A DNA stretch of 64,000 nt from an uncultured Candidatus Saccharibacteria bacterium (GTDB lineage: Bacteria > Patescibacteriota > Minisyncoccia > UBA6257 > 2-01-FULL-56-20). Positions 1 through 7,533 of this stretch are shown here, piece after piece. The stretch's first letter is position 1; the number at the start of each line of letters is the position of its first letter. Made by a program: the position numbers and the translations under genes. A model generated the notes under the pieces. The model had not been told where the DNA came from and did no database searches. It was given only the letters and a program-made list of their open reading frames with translations. Location of the stretch: NCBI GenBank assembly GCA_964646415.1, contig CAZYEL010000003.1, positions 11,639 through 75,638 of the forward strand, in the 5' to 3' direction.

Positions 1-645
1 GATGCCGAATACTGCTTCTGGGTAACCTCTTCTTCCCACATGTTCGGCTGCGCGAATATCCGCAAAAAAGAATACTGTATTTTGAACAGGCAGTATTCAA
101 AGGAGGAGTATGGAAAGTTGAGAATAAAAATAATAGAGGGCATGAACAAGAATCCATATGTAGATGCGGCGGGCATTGCATATAAATACGGCGAGTTCTT
201 CCCCATGGAATTGAACCTGCACGCCTACAACGAAACGCAGGCGATGGACTTTTTCCCCATCACCGAGGCGGAAGCGAAGAAAAAGGGCTATCTCTGGAGA
301 GAATTACCGTCTCCCAACGCGCAGCCCACGCTCTCCGCCGCCCAAGTCCCGGACAGCATCCACGACGTAAAAGACGACATACTCAAAGAAATTATCGAGT
401 GCGGGTCCTGCAAAAAACCGTTCCGCATAGTAAGGCCGGAGCTCGACCTCCTGCGGCGCTTCGCCTTGCCGGTCCCCGCGCAATGCTTCAGTTGCAGGCA
501 CATGGCGCGTCTCGCAAGAATAACCCCGCCCCGCCTTTGGGACCGCGCATGCGCGAAGTGCAATGCGCCGATTAAAACCTCATACTCCCCCGAGCGTCCG
601 GAGATGGTGTATTGTGAAAATTGCTACCGCCAGGAAACTGCATGA
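1..645 (+). CDS. Cys-rich multi-zinc-ribbon paralog, C-terminal part (5' end lies outside the window)
   Basis: The frame is open from nt 1 (DAEYCFWVTSSSHMFGCANIRKKEYCILNRQYSKEEY...). It carries the FGC..YCILN.QYSKEEY module and the C-terminal ...VYCENCYRQETA, homologous to ORFs 721-2529, 3166-4914, 4961-6772 and 35045-36853. Confidence 0.7.
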   Translation, partial: DAEYCFWVTSSSHMFGCANIRKKEYCILNRQYSKEEYGKLRIKIIEGMNKNPYVDAAGIAYKYGEFFPMELNLHAYNETQAMDFFPITEAEAKKKGYLWRELPSPNAQPTLSAAQVPDSIHDVKDDILKEIIECGSCKKPFRIVRPELDLLRRFALPVPAQCFSCRHMARLARITPPRLWDRACAKCNAPIKTSYSPERPEMVYCENCYRQETA

Positions 646-720
646 GAGCAATTTTCACCCTGAGCTTGTCGAAGGGCGATAAATGTTATTTTGCACAAGT
701 CAACTAATAACTTATAACCA

Positions 721-2529
721 ATGACGGAGACCCGGAATTGCAAAAACTGTTCCACACAATTCACCATCGAGCCCGACGATTTTTCGTTTTACGAGAAAAT
801 AAAAGTCCCGCCGCCCACATGGTGCCCGGAGTGCAGATTCCGGCGGAGAATCATCTGGCGAAATGAGCGGAAGCTTTTCCGGGGGAAAAGCGCCTTAACC
901 GGCCAAAACCTGTTCACCCTTTTCCCTCCCGAAGCGGGCTACATTCTTTACAAGAATGATGAATGGAGAGGCGGATACGACCCGCTTGCATATGGGCAGG
1001 AAGTGGATTTCTCGCGTCCTTTTCTCACGCAACTTTTCGAACTCGACAAGAAAGTCCCGAAACCCGCGGGCAGCGCCGCGAGAATGGTAAACAGCGAATA
1101 CTCGGATAACGCAAGCGACCTCAAAAACTGCTATCTCCTCTTCAATTCGAATTTCACCGAAGACAGCGCATACGGGAACGGCGTTGACCGGTGCAGGCAA
1201 TGCTTCGACAACTCGCATATTCAGGAATGCGAGCGGTGCTACCACTCGTTCTGGCTCACCAAGTGCTATGAAACCCACTTTTCTTCCCGCTGCGAGGACT
1301 GCACGAATATGTGGCTCTCGAAGGACTGCCGGGGCTGCAGCAATTGCTTCGGGTGCGTCAATTTGCGCGCGCAGAAGTACTGCATCTTCAATGAGCAATA
1401 TTCGAAAGAAGAATACCAGGCGAAACTCAAGGAATTGAATCTCTCGTCATGGAAAAATCTTTCCGAAGCGGGCGGGAAGGCAAAAGAGTTCTGGCTCCGG
1501 TTCCCGAATAAATTCATGCAGGGAGTGCAAAACATAAACGTGAGCGGCGAGTTCATCACACACTCCAAAAATGTTTTGGACAGCTACCTTATCCGCTCAA
1601 GCGAAAATCTCCGCTACACGCAGTACTCCCAGGTGCCGTCTTCGAAAGATTGCTACGATTCCTCGCTTATTGGCTGCAACGCGGAGTTGCTATACGAATC
1701 CTCCATATGCGGCTGGGGCGCATCAAACATCAAATTCTCCTGGGAATGCTGGGATAGCGCGGCGAACATGGAATACTGCATTTACTGCAACACCTCTTCC
1801 GACCTCTTCGGCTGCGCGGGCGTGCAGAAAAAGCAGTACTGCATTCTGAACAAACAGTATTCGAAAGAGGACTACTTCTCCATTCGTGAGAAAATAATCC
1901 GGCACATGAACGAAATGCCGTACTTGTCGCATGTCGCTAATCGCAAATCGCCAATTGAGTACAAATACGGGGAATTCTTTCCTCCTGAATTTTCTCCCTT
2001 CGCGTACACCCACACGATTTCACCCGACCACTTCCCTCTTTCGAAAGATGAGGCGCAGGCACTTGGATTCCGCTGGGCGGACGCGAACCCCACCGAGTAC
2101 CACACCACAAAGGACGCAAAAGACATTCCCGAAAAAATTGAGGACGTGCTCCCGGAAATAATCAAAGAAATCCTGAAATGCGAGAAGTGTGGCCGGGCGT
2201 ACCGCCTTATCGAACCGGAACTCCAATTCTTGAAACAGCTGGGAATCCCCGCTCCGCGGTGGTGCGTAGACTGCCGCCATAACGACCGTGTGAGCCAAAG
2301 GAACCGCGCGGTGTTCTACGACAGGAAGTGCCAGTGCTTGCCCACCGAAGCTTCAGCGAAGGAGGGAGTAGGCGTGAAGAGTAAGAATGAAAATAAGTAT
2401 GAGTATAAAAATACTACAACGCATTTCCACGGCGACGCGCCTTGCCCGAATGAGTTTAAAACCAGCTACTCCCCGGAACGGCAGGACATCGTGTACTGCG
2501 AGCAATGCTATCAGGCAGAAGTTGCATAG
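721..2529 (+). CDS. Cys-rich multi-zinc-ribbon protein, paralog family member (602 aa)
   Basis: N-terminal CKNC..FTIEPDDFSFYEKIKVPPPTWCPECRFRRR..RNER module. Dense CxxC pairs in the middle. Duplicated FGC.xLRxxxYCIxNxQYSKEEY module. The C-terminal half repeats the N-terminal ribbon (CEKCGRAYRLIEPELQF...PAPRWCVDCRH) and ends ...VYCEQCYQAEVA. Confidence 0.8.
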   Translation: MTETRNCKNCSTQFTIEPDDFSFYEKIKVPPPTWCPECRFRRRIIWRNERKLFRGKSALTGQNLFTLFPPEAGYILYKNDEWRGGYDPLAYGQEVDFSRPFLTQLFELDKKVPKPAGSAARMVNSEYSDNASDLKNCYLLFNSNFTEDSAYGNGVDRCRQCFDNSHIQECERCYHSFWLTKCYETHFSSRCEDCTNMWLSKDCRGCSNCFGCVNLRAQKYCIFNEQYSKEEYQAKLKELNLSSWKNLSEAGGKAKEFWLRFPNKFMQGVQNINVSGEFITHSKNVLDSYLIRSSENLRYTQYSQVPSSKDCYDSSLIGCNAELLYESSICGWGASNIKFSWECWDSAANMEYCIYCNTSSDLFGCAGVQKKQYCILNKQYSKEDYFSIREKIIRHMNEMPYLSHVANRKSPIEYKYGEFFPPEFSPFAYTHTISPDHFPLSKDEAQALGFRWADANPTEYHTTKDAKDIPEKIEDVLPEIIKEILKCEKCGRAYRLIEPELQFLKQLGIPAPRWCVDCRHNDRVSQRNRAVFYDRKCQCLPTEASAKEGVGVKSKNENKYEYKNTTTHFHGDAPCPNEFKTSYSPERQDIVYCEQCYQAEVA

Positions 2530-2532
2530 CGC

Positions 2533-2754
2533 ATGTGCCCTTGCTACCATTCAACCATGGCAACAGGCACAGCGTTAAAAAACCATAAGCTTTCTCCCGC
2601 CCTCCGCGCGTTTGTGCTTGAGGTGTTGCAAGGCGTCCTCCGCGACCCTGATTTCGGACGGGAGTTCACCGCAACCGCGCGGCGAAGACTTCGTGCCGCA
2701 TCCCAAACGAAAAAAACCGTTTCTTTCGCAGAAATCAAGCGGCGCTACGGGTAA
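2533..2754 (+). CDS. putative type II antitoxin (partner of the downstream RelE/ParE toxin)
   Basis: Small ORF with a 3-nt gap to the toxin gene. The likely true start is MATGTALK at 2557. Confidence 0.45.
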   Translation: MCPCYHSTMATGTALKNHKLSPALRAFVLEVLQGVLRDPDFGREFTATARRRLRAASQTKKTVSFAEIKRRYG

Positions 2755-2757
2755 GCC

Positions 2758-3024
2758 ATGGGAAAGTGGGCAATAGAGTTTTCCGTCGCTGCCACGCGGG
2801 ACATCTTGCGCCTTGACCGCCCGCTCCGCCACCACGTGATTGCAAAACTTGACTGGCTCGCGGCTCACTTTGATGAAATATCTCCGGTTCCTCTCACGGG
2901 AGAATTCAGCGGATTCTATAAATTGCGCATCGGCGATCTCCGCATCGCATATAAGATTGAGTGGAACATGCACCGGCTCATCGTACATTATATTGACTGG
3001 CGCGAACATATTTATAAAAAATAG
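2758..3024 (+). CDS. RelE/ParE-family type II toxin
   Basis: 88 aa. ...FYKLRIGDLRIAYKIEWNMHRLIVHYIDWREHIYKK is the typical ParE/RelE C-terminal signature. Confidence 0.7.
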   Translation: MGKWAIEFSVAATRDILRLDRPLRHHVIAKLDWLAAHFDEISPVPLTGEFSGFYKLRIGDLRIAYKIEWNMHRLIVHYIDWREHIYKK

Positions 3025-3041
3025 CGCGTACTATGAACTCC

Positions 3042-3095
3042 GAAACAAGAATCTGTCCCGTAAAATCACGAGCGTATGCGAGTAAATTTTACGTG
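3042..3095 (+). pseudogene. N-terminal remnant of a Cys-rich paralog (MNSETR...)
   Basis: atgaactccgaaacaagaa matches the start of the 4961 paralog (atgaactccgaaaccagaa, MNSETR) but runs into a stop after 17 codons. Confidence 0.3.
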
Positions 3096-3165
3096 GATCC
3101 CGTGATTCTTCGCTTGTGCGAAGAATTCTACGGGACAAAAACGCTCGTGATCACGGGATAAACCA

Positions 3166-4914
3166 ATGAACAAAGAACAGCGTCAATGTAAAAATTGTAA
3201 TTCTCCGTTTATAATCGAGCCCGACGATTTTTCGTTCTATGAAAAGATAGGCGTACCCGCCCCGATGTTCTGCCCAGATTGCCGGTTTCAGCGGCGGCTT
3301 TTGTGGCGGAATGAGCGGACGTTCTACCGGCGCGCGTGCGACCTCTGCAAGCGAAACATGATAGCGGTGTACCCCGCCGAAACACCCTTTCCTGTTTACT
3401 GCCAAAAGTGCTGGTGGTCGGATAAATGGAATCCGCTCTCTTATGGGCAAGACGTAGATTTTTCGAGGCCATTTTTCGATCAAGTAAAAGAGTTGTGGAG
3501 CAAAGTCCCCGCGCTCTCCATGCAAAACGACGACGGCATCGCAAGCACAAATTCCGAGTACGCCTACGATTGGGCCTTCAGCAAAAATACTTATATGAGC
3601 GTGTGCGGCTGGTTCACAGAAAACTGCCTCTATTCCTACTACGCCTGCTATGACAAAGATATTATGGACTGCTACTACGTAAGCAATTCCGAACTTGTAT
3701 ATAAAGTGACTTCTGCCGATAAGTGCTATGCCTCCAAATACTGCACACAAGTTTACGACTCCACTGACTGCACGCTTTCGCACGATCTCCGCGGATGCTC
3801 GCACTGTACGATGTGCGTAGGTCTCCGGAATAAGCAATGCTGCATTTTAAACCAGCAATATTCGAAAGAAAAATACGCGGCGAAACTCAAAGAGCTCAAT
3901 CTCGGAGATCGCGAATCGCTCGCCGCACACACGAAAGAATTCCAAGAATTTTCGCTCCGCACACCTAGAAAATTCGCCGACATGTTGAAATCAGTCCTCT
4001 GCACAGGAGACAACCTACTCGCATCCAAAAATTCCAAAAACTGTTTCTATGCAATGAAACTAGAGAACTGCCGTTACATAGCAAACGTGGACGAGGCAAA
4101 AGATTCATACGACTGCAATAACACCGGACGCCCCGAACTTTGCTATGAATCCGTAACCCCGGATATGTCCAAGGGAAACAAATTCGGGGTTTTCTGCTGG
4201 AAATGCACGGAGGCGGAATATTCGAACAACTGCCACTCATGCGTAAGCGTAATGGGATCTTCGGGGCTAAAACACACCTCCTACGCAATTTTGAATAAAC
4301 AGTATGACAAAGAATCCTTCGGCAAGCTCCGGACGCGCATCATCGAACAAATGAAGCGCGCCGGCGAGTGGGGAGAATTTTTTCCGCATACGCTCTCGCC
4401 GCACGCATATAACGAAACCGCCGCGCTTGAATGGTTCCCGCTCGAAAAAGAAGCCGCGCTGAAGCAAGGATACAGATGGAAAGATGAAGAGAAAAAGGAA
4501 TATTCGCCTACGAAAACTGCGGCAGACCTACCTAAAACCATCGCGGAAACCGATGATTCGATATTAAACGACATCATTGAATGCGCGCATAAAGGAACAT
4601 GCAACCACAAATGCACTACTGCGTTTCGGGTTGTGGCGGCCGAACTCCAGCTCTACCGCAAGCTCGATATTCCGATTCCCATGCTCTGCCCGAACTGCAG
4701 GCACTACGCACGGCTCGCGATTCGAAATCCTGCGAAACTATGGAAGCGCGCATGCCAGTGCGCCGGAGCAAGCTCCGAAAACGGAATCTACAAAAACACT
4801 GTCAATCATAGTCATGGCAATGGTCATTGTGAAGTTTCTTTTGAGACCTCGTTCGCACCCGAAAGACCAGAAATCGTATATTGTGAAAGTTGTTATAACA
4901 GCGAGATTGCCTAA
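3166..4914 (+). CDS. Cys-rich multi-zinc-ribbon protein, paralog family member (582 aa)
   Basis: CKNCNSPFIIEPDDFSFYEKIGVPAPMFCPDCRFQRRLLWRNER N-terminus, YAILNKQYDKE module, and C-terminus ...IVYCESCYNSEIA. Confidence 0.8.
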   Translation: MNKEQRQCKNCNSPFIIEPDDFSFYEKIGVPAPMFCPDCRFQRRLLWRNERTFYRRACDLCKRNMIAVYPAETPFPVYCQKCWWSDKWNPLSYGQDVDFSRPFFDQVKELWSKVPALSMQNDDGIASTNSEYAYDWAFSKNTYMSVCGWFTENCLYSYYACYDKDIMDCYYVSNSELVYKVTSADKCYASKYCTQVYDSTDCTLSHDLRGCSHCTMCVGLRNKQCCILNQQYSKEKYAAKLKELNLGDRESLAAHTKEFQEFSLRTPRKFADMLKSVLCTGDNLLASKNSKNCFYAMKLENCRYIANVDEAKDSYDCNNTGRPELCYESVTPDMSKGNKFGVFCWKCTEAEYSNNCHSCVSVMGSSGLKHTSYAILNKQYDKESFGKLRTRIIEQMKRAGEWGEFFPHTLSPHAYNETAALEWFPLEKEAALKQGYRWKDEEKKEYSPTKTAADLPKTIAETDDSILNDIIECAHKGTCNHKCTTAFRVVAAELQLYRKLDIPIPMLCPNCRHYARLAIRNPAKLWKRACQCAGASSENGIYKNTVNHSHGNGHCEVSFETSFAPERPEIVYCESCYNSEIA

Positions 4915-4960
4915 TTCCACTATTCGCTCATTCGCGCGAATGAGCGAATAAGAAACCACA

Positions 4961-6772
4961 ATGAACTCCGAAACCAGAACCACTTCGACAAGCTCAGTGC
5001 AAGCTTGCCAAAACTGTAAACAACCCTTCACAATTGAACCGGAAGATTTTACGTTCTATGAAAAGATAAAAGTTCCGCCACCCACGTGGTGCTGGCGGTG
5101 CCGCGCCATACGGCGAATGTCGTTCCGGAACATGACACACCTCTATCCGCGCATATGTGCCGCGACGGGGAAAAAGATCTACACGCTCATGCCGCCAGAG
5201 GCACCTATGCCGGTGTATAACTTGGAATACTGGATGAGTGACGCATGGGACCCTCTATCCTACGGACACGACTATGATTTCTCAAGACCGTTTTTCGAGC
5301 AGTTCCAAGAACTATATCATCAAGTACCCTACGGAATGATTACTTCAGTAGGGTCAGTAAATAGCGACTACAGTTCTACTATCTGGTCTAAAAATTGCTA
5401 TTTGTGCTTTGATGGGGGTTTCGGCGAAGACAGCGCTCATAATGTTACTCTCCAGCGGAGCAAACAATGTTTCGATACCATCAACTGCAAAGTCTGCGAG
5501 CTATGCTACTTCTCCATCAATATAAGCAATTCGTACAAAGTGTTCTTTTCCCGGAACTGCAGCTCATGCAGCGAAGTATGGTTTAGTCAGGACTGCATAG
5601 GTTGCACAAATTGTTTTGGCTGTACGGGATTACGCAACAAAAGTTATTTCATATTCAACGAACCTCACACCAAAGAGACCTACAAAAGAAAACTGGAGGA
5701 ACTAGGAATAAATTCATGGTCAGGAATTGAGATTTTAAAGCGGCGAGTTATGGAAGTTTGGCGAAAGTATCCGGTGAAATATATGCACAGCGTACAAGCG
5801 AAAGGGTGTACCGGTGACTACCTCTTTCATGCCAGCGAACTGCGCAACTGTTTCTTTGCTGACGGCGCACAAAACTGCGCACACTCTCAAAGCATCATTT
5901 ATAGTCCGATAAAAGATTGCATGGACATCACTTCTTCGGGTGTCACTATAGAATTGTGCTATGAAACGTGCTGCTCGGGGGCAGACCTTTCAAAGGTTTT
6001 CTTTTGTATGGAAGTTAATTCCGTCACCAACTCGCAGTATTCAATGGCGTGCAGCAACAGCAATAATTTGTTCGGATGTGTCGGGGTTCGAAAGAAAAAC
6101 TACTGCGTCTTGAACAAGCAATATTCGAAAGAAGAATACAACGCACTTGTTTCCAAAATCATCGAGCATATGGACAAAATGCCATACGTGGATGCGAAGG
6201 GGCGCGTGTATAAATATGGCGAATTTTTCCCGCCAGAGATGAGCCCCTTTGGATACAACATCACACAGGGACAGGAATATTTCCCAATGACGCAACAAGA
6301 AGCGGAAGCGCAGGGACTTAAATGGCGAGAACCGGAGAAAAAATCATATACCACAACAAAGACATCAAAAGATTTGCCGGACACCATCGGCGAAGTGGGA
6401 GATGAAATAACAAGCGAAGTAATTCAATGTGCGCACGATGAGAAAGGGAATCACCCGTTTGATTGCGCACCAAGCTGTTCCACCGCGTTCCGTATCATTC
6501 CTCAGGAAATCCAATTTTACCGACAAATGAAATTGCCGATCCCCCGACTTTGCTTCCACTGCCGCCACTTTGAGCGGGTCGCATGGCGAAATAAACCAGC
6601 ACTGTATTCCCGGAAGTGCGCATGCGCGGGAACAAAATCAGGAGAATACCAAAACGGAGTTCTGCACTTCCACGGCGACAAACCCTGCCCGAATGAGTTC
6701 GAAACCTCGTTCGCATCGGATAGAGCAGAAATAGTATATTGCGAACAATGTTACAACTCAGAAATCGCGTAG
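4961..6772 (+). CDS. Cys-rich multi-zinc-ribbon protein, paralog family member (603 aa)
   Basis: CQNCKQPFTIEPEDFTFYEKIKVPPPTWCWRCR N-terminus, FGCVGVRKKNYCVLNKQYSKEEY module, and C-terminus ...IVYCEQCYNSEIA. Confidence 0.8.
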   Translation: MNSETRTTSTSSVQACQNCKQPFTIEPEDFTFYEKIKVPPPTWCWRCRAIRRMSFRNMTHLYPRICAATGKKIYTLMPPEAPMPVYNLEYWMSDAWDPLSYGHDYDFSRPFFEQFQELYHQVPYGMITSVGSVNSDYSSTIWSKNCYLCFDGGFGEDSAHNVTLQRSKQCFDTINCKVCELCYFSINISNSYKVFFSRNCSSCSEVWFSQDCIGCTNCFGCTGLRNKSYFIFNEPHTKETYKRKLEELGINSWSGIEILKRRVMEVWRKYPVKYMHSVQAKGCTGDYLFHASELRNCFFADGAQNCAHSQSIIYSPIKDCMDITSSGVTIELCYETCCSGADLSKVFFCMEVNSVTNSQYSMACSNSNNLFGCVGVRKKNYCVLNKQYSKEEYNALVSKIIEHMDKMPYVDAKGRVYKYGEFFPPEMSPFGYNITQGQEYFPMTQQEAEAQGLKWREPEKKSYTTTKTSKDLPDTIGEVGDEITSEVIQCAHDEKGNHPFDCAPSCSTAFRIIPQEIQFYRQMKLPIPRLCFHCRHFERVAWRNKPALYSRKCACAGTKSGEYQNGVLHFHGDKPCPNEFETSFASDRAEIVYCEQCYNSEIA

Positions 6773-6840
6773 GAGATTGCCTGCCCCGCGTAGAGCGGCG
6801 TGGCCGCCACGCGGCTTTACGCCGTGATGAGCGACCGTGT

Positions 6841-6915
6841 CCCGTGCGAAGTTTTACGGGAAGCGAATTTTACGGGGTGTACTGCGAGGCTTGTTATAAC
6901 GCGGAGATAGCGTAA
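6841..6915 (+). pseudogene. C-terminal remnant of a further Cys-rich paralog
   Basis: Translates to PVRSFTGSEFYGVYCEACYNAEIA*, matching the conserved family C-terminus (..FETSFAPER.EIVYCEQCYNSEIA) without an upstream ORF. Confidence 0.45.
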
Positions 6916-7229
6916 CAATTTCTCTCCTCTCCACTATTTCATCTGTTTTATTTCTAGCTCGCGTTTCGCAGTTTCAAACTTTGCCACAAAATGATCAAAG
7001 AATCATTCATAAAAGAAATGTAACTTCTCCCCTGCGCGTTCCCCAACAACACGCCGTCATATCTCTTGCGGGGCTTCTCGCAGCGCGGCGGCGCGAGAGT
7101 GAGCGCTGCGGCAGCCCGCCGCAGACAGTGTCCCCGCAAGAGATATGCACAAGTGAATCTTGACACCCCTCCCCTCCGGCGTACGATGACAATACAAGTT
7201 GCGTAGTTGCGAAAGTATGCAACTCATTA

Positions 7230-7480
7230 AAAATTAGCAGTGAGTCCAGAGAAACCCGCCGTCGCATAAAGCTATGGCGTGGTAACAGGGGAAGCGGGTG
7301 TAAATCCCGCACAGTGCCGCTACGGTGAAGCCCGCCTACGTTCATAAAGAACTTCGGCGAGGCGCAGTCCGAATACCAACCTCTGGAAAGTTCGTGTTTG
7401 CTTCTCGGTGCAAGAGGCAACTGATACTCGTCCCATCAGGTTTTCTCTTGCCGCGTGCAAGAGTTTTTTGTTTTTCGTGT
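7230..7480 (+). promoter_or_regulatory. cobalamin (B12) riboswitch with terminator expression platform
   Basis: GGTAACAGGGGAAGCGGGTGTAAATCCCGCACAGTGCCGCTACGGTGAAG matches the RF00174 core (GGGAAG..GGTG.AAA.CC...CCGC.AC.GTGA). A B12-box-like GCAGTCCGAATACC follows. A hairpin ctcttgccgcgtgcaagag plus a T-run lies at 7446-7476, upstream of the CDS at 7534. Confidence 0.65.
7446..7476 (+). terminator. intrinsic terminator (riboswitch OFF-state hairpin)
   Basis: ctcttgc cgcg tgcaagag followed by ttttttgttttt. Confidence 0.5.
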
Positions 7481-7533
7481 GCGAAAAACACCCTGAGCAA
7501 GCGAAGCGTGTCGAAGGGTATACCTCTACTTTT

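Noticed and set aside
7007-7420. 137-aa ORF on the minus strand overlapping the riboswitch region
   Set aside because: It overlaps a well-matched cobalamin riboswitch on the other strand. No RBS or motif supports it, and the composition is not protein-like.
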